Of a stretch of 20,000 nucleotides of DNA, positions 7,887 to 17,016 are shown in pieces. The notes beneath the pieces were generated by a model, which saw only the letters and a program-made list of their open reading frames with translations, made no database searches and was not told where the DNA came from. The DNA lies in the IMG/VR virus record IMGVR_UViG_3300028666_000031, one strand, 5' to 3'. Both the position numbers and the translations under genes were made by a program. Within the stretch, counting starts at the first letter, position 1, and the number at the start of each line of letters is the position of its first letter. Source of the stretch: an uncultured virus (IMG/VR IMGVR_UViG_3300028666_000031) (lineage: Duplodnaviria; Heunggongvirae; Uroviricota; Caudoviricetes).

Positions 7887-8120
7887 ATGAACAAACCACC
7901 CCTCATTGAAATCCGAGAGAGCGTAACCGAAGTCGGTTCCGCCAATCGAAAGCTGCGCACCTTTCTCCCGGTCTTCACGCCGGATTGCTGCGCCTGTGGC
8001 ACCCTGCAGTTTGCCTTGTGGCAGATGTGGGAAGACGAACCGGAAACGCATGAACCAGCGCGCCAGGCATGTCGGGAAAATGCCGTGAAGGTGATGCGCA
8101 GTTTTACAGCAAAACTATGA
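7887..8120 (+). CDS. Hypothetical protein (77 aa)
   Basis: GAGG SD upstream; ATGA overlap with the next gene. Confidence 0.7.
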   Translation: MNKPPLIEIRESVTEVGSANRKLRTFLPVFTPDCCACGTLQFALWQMWEDEPETHEPARQACRENAVKVMRSFTAKL

Positions 8121-8479
8121 GAACACCCACCACCTACGACCTCGTCTTCTTAGCCGATGACGAGTGGAACAATGACACCATGGAAGCAGTTGCCTTCGAG
8201 TGGTTCCAAAAGAACCCCGATTGCAACTTTGTCATGGTCTATGAACACGCCGGCTGGTACCTGACGTTCCACCGGGGCGATATGGAAGTTGTCCATACCG
8301 CAAACGATATGGCCATCATGCGCCAGGACCGGCCACGGCCCACCGATTACTCGGGCATTGAACACCGTCGGCGCTCACCGAAAGAGGAAATCCGGATGCG
8401 GATTTTGAACGAGCACCCGGAAGGCGTTCAATCCACTGAACTCGACCGCATGGTCGATGCTGAATTACTCGCCGCCTGA
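8117..8479 (+). CDS. Hypothetical protein (120 aa)
   Basis: ATG 8117 overlaps the upstream stop (ATGA). Confidence 0.75.
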   Translation: MRTPTTYDLVFLADDEWNNDTMEAVAFEWFQKNPDCNFVMVYEHAGWYLTFHRGDMEVVHTANDMAIMRQDRPRPTDYSGIEHRRRSPKEEIRMRILNEHPEGVQSTELDRMVDAELLAA

Positions 8480-8535
8480 TAGTTCCAGTCTGGTCCGGAG
8501 GGAAACTCACCGGGCCAGCATGGAGTTATCGCCTT

Positions 8536-8655
8536 ATGAAAATCCGCAGATTCTTTGCCTTCACAATCGGCCATACCCGCTTTGCGCTGCATTATTGCAA
8601 TGGGCTCCTGGAGTTCAATGCCTTTGGGCGCATTCACTACTTTCGCGTTTTATGA
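8536..8655 (+). CDS. Small 39-aa protein MKIRRFFAFTIGHTRFALHYCNGLLEFNAFGRIHYFRVL, missed by the track
   Basis: GGAG at 8522, cttATG start, TGA overlaps ATG 8652 of the next gene. Confidence 0.55.
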   Translation: MKIRRFFAFTIGHTRFALHYCNGLLEFNAFGRIHYFRVL

Positions 8656-9464
8656 AAAACCAAATGGAAACCCCCAACCCTCGGAGCATCGGTCCAGCCT
8701 GTCTGGATGATGACTTCGAAATCTATAACCTGGACTCGGAATACTCCATCGAGATTGAGAAAGGCCCGCACTTCTTGATCGAGTTTCCGGTGGAAACTCG
8801 ACTGCCGGCGGCGGCATTCGAGCACCCAAATGTGGCGCGCAAGGTAGCGCGGATTCTCAGCTACAAATATGACAATCCGAAGCGCTGGGTAGAGAAGGCG
8901 GGAACGTGCTTTTACTTCGCGGTCCCCCGGAGATATATCACCCTTTACCCCGTCAAGGGCTATTCCTGGCCGCATGGCGAAATCAATGGCGCAAAAGTCC
9001 GCTTCAACTGTTCCGGAGGCACCGGAGGGAACGGATGGCGGGATTGGTTGCGCATTCGCACCTCGGTAAATACCAACTACGGCGTGAGGACATTGAGAAA
9101 GGTGGCTGAGGTCGCAGTTCGAGGCACTCCGTTTGAGCCGATTTACACACGGGAGGAACTCGAAGAGCAATTCTACCAAGAGCACGCCAAGGATTGGCTG
9201 GTGAACACGGCTTGGGGATCCTGGCGCGTGGGCGTGCCCCTCGGGATGGTCGGCGTGTGCGCCTGTATCGGCGGTCATCGAAAGCTGCCCGGGGCTGAAG
9301 AAAGGTATTTTCTCGTGCCGGACGCCGAATATTCCCAGCGTAAAGAGCAGTTCGTCGTAGACCCCGCCCGACACCGGGAAGTCCCCAAATTCCCCGACGA
9401 CCGTTATGAAAAGACGAGCGCTGAGATGGAGACTGAAAAGCCTCTACTCTCAGTCGCGGCCTGA
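8652..9464 (+). CDS. Hypothetical protein (270 aa)
   Basis: tttATG start coupled to the upstream stop; the C-terminal HAKDW...GMVGVCACIGG...RYFLVP..EY...FVVD..RH segment recalls uncharacterised plasmid proteins (from memory, unverified). Confidence 0.8.
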   Translation: MKNQMETPNPRSIGPACLDDDFEIYNLDSEYSIEIEKGPHFLIEFPVETRLPAAAFEHPNVARKVARILSYKYDNPKRWVEKAGTCFYFAVPRRYITLYPVKGYSWPHGEINGAKVRFNCSGGTGGNGWRDWLRIRTSVNTNYGVRTLRKVAEVAVRGTPFEPIYTREELEEQFYQEHAKDWLVNTAWGSWRVGVPLGMVGVCACIGGHRKLPGAEERYFLVPDAEYSQRKEQFVVDPARHREVPKFPDDRYEKTSAEMETEKPLLSVAA

Positions 9465-9509
9465 GTTGTTTCTGTTCCGCCAGTGACAGTGGCGGACCAG
9501 AGACAGTTT

Positions 9510-9905
9510 ATGAAAATCATCCCTTCCATCCTCGACCTCGCCAAAGTTCCTTCCGATTCCCGGGTCATCACCCTGCCCAACGGCCACCAATGCACGATTG
9601 GAACGTATCTGGAAGCCTGGCGCAAACTCAAGTCCTTGCCGCCTCAGAAAGAAGTCAAAGGCTGGGAATGGTTTCCCACTAGCGCGCAATCCATCCTGCG
9701 CGATATGTCCCGGGGCGTGGAAGACCGCATCAATCTCCGTGCAGGCGTCCGCACTCAATGGCGGGACAATTCTCGCAAGTGGGAAGCCGAACGCCGGCGC
9801 CGCGTCCAATGCTTTTGCAAATGGTGCGGCCAAGCCCTGAAACAGTATCAGCCCGAACACTCCCGCTTTTGCGAACCGAGCTGCTATCGGGCTTACCATG
9901 GTTAG
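9510..9905 (+). CDS. Hypothetical protein with a C-terminal Cys4 Zn-finger-like motif (131 aa)
   Basis: CKWCG...RFCEPSC; tttATG start. Confidence 0.75.
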   Translation: MKIIPSILDLAKVPSDSRVITLPNGHQCTIGTYLEAWRKLKSLPPQKEVKGWEWFPTSAQSILRDMSRGVEDRINLRAGVRTQWRDNSRKWEAERRRRVQCFCKWCGQALKQYQPEHSRFCEPSCYRAYHG

Positions 9906-9911
9906 CGCGAT

Positions 9912-9968
9912 CTTGCAGCATTGAGCCCCACAGCAAATCTCCACCGGCTTATCCAAGGCACAGCTTAC
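9912..9968 (-). repeat. Dispersed boundary element copy 3 (orientation B)
   Basis: CTTGCAGCATTGAGCC-N24-TCCAAGGCACAGCTTAC, 6 nt after the stop at 9905. Confidence 0.9.
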
Positions 9969-9979
9969 ATAATTCAGGC

Positions 9980-10008
9980 TTGACGCCTTAAAGCACATTG
10001 CTTATCGT
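9980..10008 (+). promoter_or_regulatory. Sigma70-like promoter upstream of parB
   Basis: TTGACG-N17-TATCGT. Confidence 0.55.
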
Positions 10009-10104
10009 TCCTCTCGCAAGGTTAGATTCTCCTTCGCTGGTCAATTCCCATTTTCATTCAACGGTCAACCTAAACATTGCAGTCACTTATGCGTTATTAA
10101 AACA

Positions 10105-11847
10105 ATGAAAGCCCCCCAAATTGTAAGGCTCAAAGCAGATGAGCTATTCCCATGCTTAGAAAATCGTCCTGACAGGTCCGGCATGGACCTCAAGTCACTG
10201 ACCGAGTTGGCTTCCTCCTTCACCGCCCAAGGCATCCTGGAACCTCTCCTGGTTCGCCCCTTATTCAACGGTAAAACAGGCAAAGGCTACGAAATCGTGT
10301 GTGGAGAAAGACGTTACTCCGCTGCCTGTCTTAAAGATTTCCCAAAGGATGCCATCAAAGAGCTTGGCTTAACCAAACTCACCGAACTCCCGTGCATTAT
10401 CACCGAGTTGAATGATTCGGAGGCAAGAGAGGTGCGTCTGATTGAAAACCTCCAACGGGAAGGTATCCACCCCATCGAAGAGGCCAAGTCTTATAAGCTC
10501 CTCCTCGAGGAAGTCGAATAGGTGCCCAAAGACGAGCGCGGCGCTTCCGCCGGCGTTCCCAAAAAGCGCTACACCATTGAGTCTCTGGCCAAGAAGTTAG
10601 GGAAATCCCCGACCTTCGTGTATGCCCGGCTCAAGTTACTGAAGATGCCCAAGTTTGCCCAGGAGGCCATGTTCAACGGCAAACTGAACGCCTCGGTGGC
10701 CCTGTTGCTCTGCCGCATCCCCGACCCCAAGTTAGCCCATAAAGCCGCCTTGGAAGTCTTGGACACCGGCTATTGCTCCAGTGAAACCACGGACGAACAA
10801 CGCGAACAGCGCGCCTTGGACAAGGAAGTGGACCCTATGTCCTTCCGTCAAGCCAAGGCCCATATCCAGACCAAATACATGGTCCGACTCAAAGGGGCGC
10901 CGTTTGACCCCGAGTTGGCCGACCTGGTCTCCATCGTCTTAGAAGCGGGAGAACGCGTCTGTGGTGGCAAGTGTTCCGACTGCCCACTACGCACAGGGAA
11001 CATGAAAGCCTTGTTCCAGGACGTGGACTCCGCAGACGTCTGCACGAATCCCACGTGCTTCCAAGCCAAGAAAAAAGCCGCGTTCAAAAAGGAAGCCGAG
11101 AAGTTCAAGGAAAAGGGGCAGACCCTCTTGACTGAGAACAAGACCAAAGGCCTGATGGACTATGAGGGCAAGGAACTCAACTCCCAGGCGCGCACCCAGT
11201 TCGTGGACTTGCGAGAGAACATCCCCGGCAAACGCAACAAGACCTATGAAGACGTCTTGAGCGAACACTTGCCCGAGAATGCTGAAGTGTTTGTCGCCCG
11301 CGGGAAGAAGAACCACTTGCTGGTTCCCATCGACACCGCGATCGCGGCCGCACAAAAGGCAGGGATCAAGATCGAGAAGCCCAAGGGCAACGCTTGGAAC
11401 GATCCCGTGGCGCGGGCGGAACAGGAAGCCAAACAAGCGGCCGCCGAAGCTATCAGCAGCCATGTGGTAACCGAAGTCTTCGTGCAAATGAGTGCGAACA
11501 TCGCCAAAGCGAAGACAGAGCACGTCCTGAGATACTTAGCCTTGGGATTGTGTCAGAACTGGGAATGGCGCAAAGCCCACAACCTGGAAGACGCGGAAGA
11601 TGTTGAGAAATACATCACCAAACTCGACTCGATCCCCATCCTGTTAGAAGCCATGGTCGAAGCGTCCATAGGACGTACGGTAGACCACCAGGGAGAACTC
11701 GACGTCAACTTCGTCGAAGCGGCAGAGTACTTCGGGATCACTAAAGCAGCACTAGACAAGTGCGTCGCTAAACATACCGAAGCAGCTAAAGCAGCACAGA
11801 AAGCAGCCGTTAAACCGGAAGCGAAAGCAGCGCCGGCCAAGAAGTAA
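10105..11847 (+). CDS. parB: ParB/RepB/Spo0J-family protein interrupted by an in-frame TAG at 10519-10521 (split gene, pseudogene or read-through)
   Basis: N-part: GILEPLLVRP, YEIVCGERRY, ENLQREGIHPIEEA. Same frame continues with the HTH TIESLAKKLGKSPTFVYARLKLL and a CSDCPLRTG...CTNPTCF Cys motif. Confidence 0.9.
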
Positions 11848-11855
11848 AATCATGA

Positions 11856-11910
11856 TAGCTGCGCCTTGGATAAGCCTACTCTTGTCACAGGCGCGGCTCA
11901 TTGCTGCAGG
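11856..11910 (+). repeat. Dispersed boundary element copy 4 (orientation A)
   Basis: TAGCTGCGCCTTGGA-N24-GGCTCATTGCTGCAGG; box 1 is re-duplicated in inverse as TGCCTGCAGCCATGAGCC (11926-11943), forming a hairpin. Confidence 0.9.
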
Positions 11911-11955
11911 CACGTTCTTCAAAAATGCCTGCAGCCATGAGCCCTTCCACTTTTT

Positions 11956-12168
11956 ATGAAACTTTCCCAACTCAAAATCGACATGAAGGTCCGCTATCAT
12001 CCCATCATCGGACTAAAGCACGACGGCAAGGTCTGGACTATTCGGGGCACGGGAGAAATTTGCGGACGCGACGTGGTCTGGCTTGATGGTAAATCTGGTT
12101 GTGTCGCCGTCGAAGCCATCAGCTTGGTCAAACCGGGACTGATTGACAATGGAATGGGGGAACCATGA
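11956..12168 (+). CDS. Hypothetical small phage-type protein (70 aa)
   Basis: tttATG start, ATGA overlap with the next gene. Confidence 0.75.
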   Translation: MKLSQLKIDMKVRYHPIIGLKHDGKVWTIRGTGEICGRDVVWLDGKSGCVAVEAISLVKPGLIDNGMGEP

Positions 12169-12413
12169 AGAAAATTCTAATCGTGGATTCAACCCTCGAC
12201 CTACCTAGCGCCGATTGGTTAGCGCTTGCCCGCGCTCTAACTGCGTCGGGGGCAACGCTCGCCGTGCCGGCGGAGCAGACCACAGTTCCGAAACTGGAAG
12301 AGTTTCCAAAGCTCACCATTCCAGCGCCAATTGCTTACTACCCGCCATGCGAGCACCACAGCCCATGGCCACCAACCATCAAGCGCCGCAAACTTAAAGG
12401 ATACCAGAAGTGA
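12165..12413 (+). CDS. Hypothetical protein (82 aa)
   Basis: GGGGGA SD, coupled at both ends (ATGA and GTGA). Confidence 0.7.
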   Translation: MKKILIVDSTLDLPSADWLALARALTASGATLAVPAEQTTVPKLEEFPKLTIPAPIAYYPPCEHHSPWPPTIKRRKLKGYQK

Positions 12414-13954
12414 AATCCGATTGCGTTTTAGAAGCCGTCGACCTCTTTTGTGGTGCGGGTGGAACTTCGAGCGGCATCATCAAAGCCGTCACTCAGAATC
12501 TCCACCGCCGCCTGAACCTCATTGCCGTCAACCATTGGCGCACCGCCATCAACACCCACAGCCTAAATCATCCCTCCGTCCGACACCTGTGTGAGCCCGT
12601 TGAAAACCTCCATCCCCTCGATTTAATCCGCAGTCGCCATCTCCACCTCCTGGGCGCGTCCTGCGAATGCCGCTTTCACTCCATCGCCCGAGGGGGCGGG
12701 GCCTGCAATGAGCAATCCAGGGCGCAACCATGGCAGCTCATCCGCTGGGCCACTGATATCCGAGTCGACAATATCATGATGGAGAACGTCAAAGAATTTC
12801 AAGACTGGTGCCCACTGCTCAACAAAGGCATCCAATACAAAGGCCGCTACTACAAGAAAGGCCGACCCGACCCGCGCTTAAAAGGCCAATCCTTCCGCGC
12901 ATTCGTGGCCGCTCTCCGTGGCCTCGGTTACACTGTCGAATGGCGCGTCCAGGTCGCCGCCGATTATGGCGACCCCACCAGCCGTGAACGCCTCATCTTG
13001 CAAGCACGCCTCGGACAGCCCGTCTATTGGCCGGAACCTACCCACGGGCCGGGGCGCGGGAAACCTTACCGCACTGCCCGTGAATGCATCGATTGGTCCA
13101 TCAAGGGCACCTCCATTTTCGAGCGCAAACAACTCGGCTTGCCCCCGCTCTGCGAAAGCACCTTGCAACGCATCGCCGCCGGCCTGCGTAAGTTTGGTGG
13201 CAAAAACGCCGAAGCCTTCCTAGTTATGCTCAACGGCACCAGCGATCGGCAAATTAACACGAGCGCTAAATCACTCGATGAGCCACTGCCGACCGTGGCG
13301 GGCACCGGGAGCCACTTCCATTTAGTGGAACCAGAACCGTTCATCCTGCCCCATCGCAACTTTGACAACATGTATGTCGATTCCGTCGACAAACCCATGC
13401 GCACCGTCACCGCTCAAAGCAACGATAACCTCTTAGTTGAGCCCATCATCGTCCGGTTTGATCAGAAAGGTTCCACCGGCTCTTGCTCCACCAGCGTCGA
13501 CGCCCCTTTGCCCACCATCGTCACAAAACAGAATATGCTCTTGGTTGAACCGGTCGGACCGTTTGTGATGCCCATTACTCACCATGGAGACGATGCGTCC
13601 CGATGTAAATCCGTCGACCAACCCGCCCCGACCTTAACCGGAGCGCGGGAACTCTACCTGATCGAACCCATGGTGATGAAATACTACAAGACCGGGCGCT
13701 GCAAGAAGGTCACCCAGCCCATGGACACCATCACCACCAAAGCCAGGTTCCTGCTGGTCGAATGCGAAAAAGGCGAACGCCGCGCGTACGATATCCGAAC
13801 ACGCATGGTGCAGCCCCATGAACTGGCCGCCTGCCATTCCTTTCCCAAAGACTATAAATTCACCGGCAACCAGAAAGATCAGACGATGCAGATCGGGAAC
13901 TCGGTTCCCGTTGAACTCGCCTGTGCTCACGCTACTTCCATCCTCCAAAACTAA
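12410..13954 (+). CDS. C5 cytosine DNA methyltransferase, phage type with internal repeats
   Basis: Motif I DLFCGAGG, motif IV variant ASCEC, motif VI MENVKEF, motif VIII PTSRERL, motif X QIGNSVP. Confidence 0.95.
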   Translation: MKSDCVLEAVDLFCGAGGTSSGIIKAVTQNLHRRLNLIAVNHWRTAINTHSLNHPSVRHLCEPVENLHPLDLIRSRHLHLLGASCECRFHSIARGGGACNEQSRAQPWQLIRWATDIRVDNIMMENVKEFQDWCPLLNKGIQYKGRYYKKGRPDPRLKGQSFRAFVAALRGLGYTVEWRVQVAADYGDPTSRERLILQARLGQPVYWPEPTHGPGRGKPYRTARECIDWSIKGTSIFERKQLGLPPLCESTLQRIAAGLRKFGGKNAEAFLVMLNGTSDRQINTSAKSLDEPLPTVAGTGSHFHLVEPEPFILPHRNFDNMYVDSVDKPMRTVTAQSNDNLLVEPIIVRFDQKGSTGSCSTSVDAPLPTIVTKQNMLLVEPVGPFVMPITHHGDDASRCKSVDQPAPTLTGARELYLIEPMVMKYYKTGRCKKVTQPMDTITTKARFLLVECEKGERRAYDIRTRMVQPHELAACHSFPKDYKFTGNQKDQTMQIGNSVPVELACAHATSILQN

Positions 13955-13961
13955 AACCTTC

Positions 13962-14375
13962 ATGAAAACACAAATCGAACTCCTCGACGACGCCGTCGAT
14001 GCCATCATTGGACTCGAAGGCACTGCGTATTCAAACGGATTGGTCCCCAACCTATCAAAGGCTCTTACAGAATTACGCTCCAGGCGGTCCCGCATGGAAA
14101 ACCCCGTCTGCGAGTGTGGTAAGCCTGGCTCTTGGCGCGGTCCACGGGAAGGTCTCCGCGAATTCGCCTGTCAGGAATGCTGGAACGCGCCGATCGTTTA
14201 CGAACTGCGGGAGCACTTCAAAAGTGCAGCGCCCTATTCCACCACCTTTATTGACGGCATTCCTGAAAAGAATAAGCCCGAAGTCCAACACCAACTCCAA
14301 CAGAAATTTGAGTCGTGGTGGAACTCGTGGATTGCCCCACGACTGGACGAATTGGAAGGGAAAGGGAGACAGTGA
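13962..14375 (+). CDS. Hypothetical protein with a CECG...CQEC motif (137 aa)
   Basis: ATG 7 nt after the MTase stop; GTGA overlap with the next gene. Confidence 0.75.
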   Translation: MKTQIELLDDAVDAIIGLEGTAYSNGLVPNLSKALTELRSRRSRMENPVCECGKPGSWRGPREGLREFACQECWNAPIVYELREHFKSAAPYSTTFIDGIPEKNKPEVQHQLQQKFESWWNSWIAPRLDELEGKGRQ

Positions 14376-14626
14376 AATTCTCCGTGCGGATGCGCTCCGT
14401 CGGCAACCCCGACTTTGGCCAGTATGCACCCATCTCCAATGTCGTAATCTTCCATGGCAAATCGGTGAAGGCCTGCGCCAACGCCTGCCGAGAGTATATC
14501 CGATTCTGGAATCTCGGGGGCGGGAACTGGCCGGAAGCCTGGATAAAGCAGGACGGCAAGAAAGTGGCCCGAGTGAGCTACAACGGACGCATCTGGAAAC
14601 CTGACGGAACAGAATTCTCTTTATGA
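14372..14626 (+). CDS. Small hypothetical protein (GNPDFGQ...LGGGNW...RVSYNGRIW), 84 aa
   Basis: GGGAG SD before GTG; coupled at both ends; motif pattern recalls mobile-element hypothetical proteins. Confidence 0.8.
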   Translation: MKFSVRMRSVGNPDFGQYAPISNVVIFHGKSVKACANACREYIRFWNLGGGNWPEAWIKQDGKKVARVSYNGRIWKPDGTEFSL

Positions 14627-15459
14627 ACCCCCTCCTCCAACCAGAAATAAAGCCTGCCAATCTGGCAGCACTCTACAGAAGAGTCTCCACTGATCACCAG
14701 GACGGCTCCCTTGAACTCCAAGAGAAAAGAGTCTTGGACTATTGTGCCTTCGGCCAACTGGCCGTCTGTGAAGGCTTAACCTACTCAGACCCGGACACCT
14801 CGGGACGTACTCCCATGATGGACCGACTAGGGGGAAGAGCGTGCCTGAACCGTTTGAAGCTCGGCGACGTGCGCCACCTCGTGATTGCAAAATTAGACAG
14901 GCTCGGTCGCAACGTTCGGGATGCCCTCTCCGTCTTAGACTTCCTGAAAGAACACAACGTCACCCTCCACATCACCGACTTCGGTGGAGAAACCATCACC
15001 ACCCAAGGACACATGGGCAGAATGATCTTAACCGTCATGCTCACAATAGCCGAATGGGAAGTGGAAGAGATCCGGGACAGGACCATCAAACGGATGAGAG
15101 CCCAGTTTGCTAAAGGGGAACTCACGGGCAACGTCCCCTTCGGTTGGGATTGTCTCTACGTTTTTGCCAGTGACATCCCCTCGCTCATCTCGCCCCATGC
15201 ACTGTCAGCCGGGGAATTAGGAGACCGGAAACCCCTCAGTAAAACCTTAGTGGATAACCCAGGAGAACAGAACACCATCCGGTTAATGGTCTCACTCCGT
15301 ACTTCAGGGTTAGCCCTTAATAAAGTGGCGGAACACTTAAACCAATTAGGACTCCTGACTAAACTCGGCCGCCCTTGGCAAACCGGTACTGTGGATTCTG
15401 TCTTAAACTCACGACATACCGCTAAACTCTTACAGACGCCTGCAGAACAAGCAGCTTAA
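14623..15459 (+). CDS. Serine recombinase (resolvase/invertase catalytic domain plus short C-terminal DNA-binding domain)
   Basis: ALYRRVSTDHQ (catalytic Ser), TSG, LVIAKLDRLGRN, IAEWEVEEIRDR, GNVPFGW. Confidence 0.95.
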   Translation: MNPLLQPEIKPANLAALYRRVSTDHQDGSLELQEKRVLDYCAFGQLAVCEGLTYSDPDTSGRTPMMDRLGGRACLNRLKLGDVRHLVIAKLDRLGRNVRDALSVLDFLKEHNVTLHITDFGGETITTQGHMGRMILTVMLTIAEWEVEEIRDRTIKRMRAQFAKGELTGNVPFGWDCLYVFASDIPSLISPHALSAGELGDRKPLSKTLVDNPGEQNTIRLMVSLRTSGLALNKVAEHLNQLGLLTKLGRPWQTGTVDSVLNSRHTAKLLQTPAEQAA

Positions 15460-15463
15460 TAGG

Positions 15464-15518
15464 GTAGCTGCGCCTTGGACTCCGCATGGGGTCAGGGTGT
15501 CGGGCTCAATGCTGCAAG
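15464..15518 (+). repeat. Dispersed boundary element copy 5 (orientation A)
   Basis: GTAGCTGCGCCTTGGA-N23-GGCTCAATGCTGCAAG, 4 nt after the recombinase stop. Confidence 0.9.
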
Positions 15519-15536
15519 TTCGACTTCAAAAAAACT

Positions 15537-15878
15537 ATGAACACCCAAACCTGGTTGTACCTAAAAAGTGCCAACGATCCATGCCTGTTCACTGTGGGTT
15601 TTTACAACCCTCGGGGTGAATGGGAACCTGAATCCGACCACGCCAAGTCGGAAGACGCGGCCAACCGTGTTGCTTTTCTGAATGGCAACCATATTAAGAA
15701 CCCCGGTGACGTGGCCTTCTATAGGATGCATGATGATTTGCTGAAGTCCGTTGGACTGGCGGTGGATCTGTTGTCCAGAATCAACACCGCCTTCTACGTG
15801 CAAGGAACCACGAAGGCCTTGCGGCCCGTGATGGCGGAAACGAAACCATTACTCGCCCGATTGAGGGAGGCCCTATGA
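15537..15878 (+). CDS. Hypothetical protein (113 aa; LFTVGFY.P.GEWEPESDH...AA.RV.FLNG motif)
   Basis: aaaactATG start; the N-terminal motif recalls a small phage protein family (from memory). Confidence 0.8.
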   Translation: MNTQTWLYLKSANDPCLFTVGFYNPRGEWEPESDHAKSEDAANRVAFLNGNHIKNPGDVAFYRMHDDLLKSVGLAVDLLSRINTAFYVQGTTKALRPVMAETKPLLARLREAL

Positions 15879-16093
15879 AATACCTCTGCCTCCTCGACAC
15901 CGGAAGTGAGCGCTTGCCTGTGGACGATAGCAAATGGACGCCCGTCGAAGCCGATGGCATCCGTGCAGCCGCCATCGACTTTACAGCGACTCACCTGTCC
16001 GGGTTTGGAAATTACGACGTGCATGTCCGACCGGCCACGGCGAAACCTCCGTGCATTGTCCACCTGTTCACCCTTCACCGGACACCGGTATAA
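15875..16093 (+). CDS. Hypothetical protein (72 aa)
   Basis: GGAGG SD and ATGA overlap. Confidence 0.75.
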   Translation: MKYLCLLDTGSERLPVDDSKWTPVEADGIRAAAIDFTATHLSGFGNYDVHVRPATAKPPCIVHLFTLHRTPV

Positions 16094-16096
16094 CTT

Positions 16097-16324
16097 ATGA
16101 GAACACACCTCGAATACGACACCACCTCTCAACGTTGGCACCTCAACGGCTGGGAATTCCATTGTGGAGACTGCTTTCAAGTCAAGGATCCCCACAATGA
16201 AACATGGTTCGACGTCCGCATCGAACTGAGTGGCCCCGGTGGCGGGGAATGGTACCTGGTCGGACTGCCCACCAATCTCCAGAATCGCCAGCTCTGGAAC
16301 TTTGAAGCTCGCCGCTATCCCTAA
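16097..16324 (+). CDS. DUF5348-like small protein (75 aa)
   Basis: FHCGDCFQV...W..VRIE...WYLVG pattern as recalled for DUF5348. Confidence 0.7.
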   Translation: MRTHLEYDTTSQRWHLNGWEFHCGDCFQVKDPHNETWFDVRIELSGPGGGEWYLVGLPTNLQNRQLWNFEARRYP

Positions 16325-16333
16325 TTATAACTA

Positions 16334-16519
16334 ATGAAAAAGGCACACGAACTCAACCCATTCGAACAATGGATGGTCGAAAGCAACCTTCAACGCATCA
16401 GCGAGGAGGGACTTGAAGTTAAAGCTGTTGTGGAGCTGCTGAGAGCGCGGGGGTATGACCACATTGCCAGCGCCGTCGAAGCAGAGTCCTTAACCCGTAA
16501 CTTGCAACCTGCACCCTAA
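16334..16519 (+). CDS. Hypothetical protein (61 aa)
   Basis: Co-oriented, tight spacing on both sides. Confidence 0.7.
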   Translation: MKKAHELNPFEQWMVESNLQRISEEGLEVKAVVELLRARGYDHIASAVEAESLTRNLQPAP

Positions 16520-16526
16520 AACCTGT

Positions 16527-16781
16527 ATGCTATCCCTCATGCCTACCGATGACGAATGGGCGGAAGCTGACATGCTCGGCGACGATATCGCCGGCCACCA
16601 CGTCCCTCGCTCGCCCGAGCAAGGAGTGAAAGACATGCAACGCCGCCTCACCGCCCTGAACACCCGCCTAGAAGCCGTCCGCTCCCGAGGGGATGACCAG
16701 CTCGAGCCCCGCCTTATCCAGCAAATCCGCGATGCGCAAGCCCTCCTCGCCCAATACCAGGCCCTGCTGAACCGCAACTAA
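16527..16781 (+). CDS. Hypothetical protein with predicted coiled coil (84 aa)
   Basis: Co-oriented, tight spacing; helical C-terminal half. Confidence 0.7.
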   Translation: MLSLMPTDDEWAEADMLGDDIAGHHVPRSPEQGVKDMQRRLTALNTRLEAVRSRGDDQLEPRLIQQIRDAQALLAQYQALLNRN

Positions 16782-16789
16782 CCCACTTT

Positions 16790-17014
16790 ATGAATCAACT
16801 CGATTGCTTAAATGCTGCTCAGAGAACCGCTGAGTCGGAAAAGGTCAAGATTGCCGTTGTCGATGACCCGATTGCCAATGCCGAGGAAGAAGACGGACCA
16901 TTCGGCTATTGCCCCGTTGAGGCAGTTGGACTGCTGTTCCCCCATGGCCGACTCGTCTGTGTGATTAACCCTGATGGTTCAGCTCTTTATTCAACGCCGC
17001 TAATAGTGAAATAG
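16790..17014 (+). CDS. Hypothetical protein (74 aa)
   Basis: tttATG start, tight spacing. Confidence 0.7.
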   Translation: MNQLDCLNAAQRTAESEKVKIAVVDDPIANAEEEDGPFGYCPVEAVGLLFPHGRLVCVINPDGSALYSTPLIVK

Positions 17015-17016
17015 AC

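Noticed and set aside
10810..10823. GCGCCTTGGACAAG inside parB resembling box 2
   Set aside because: Partial match within coding sequence, lacking the AGCT end and box 1 at the expected distance; possibly chance.
14623..15459. Recombinase as a large serine integrase marking a prophage end
   Set aside because: At 278 aa it lacks the Zn-ribbon/coiled-coil region, and element-type genes continue on both sides.
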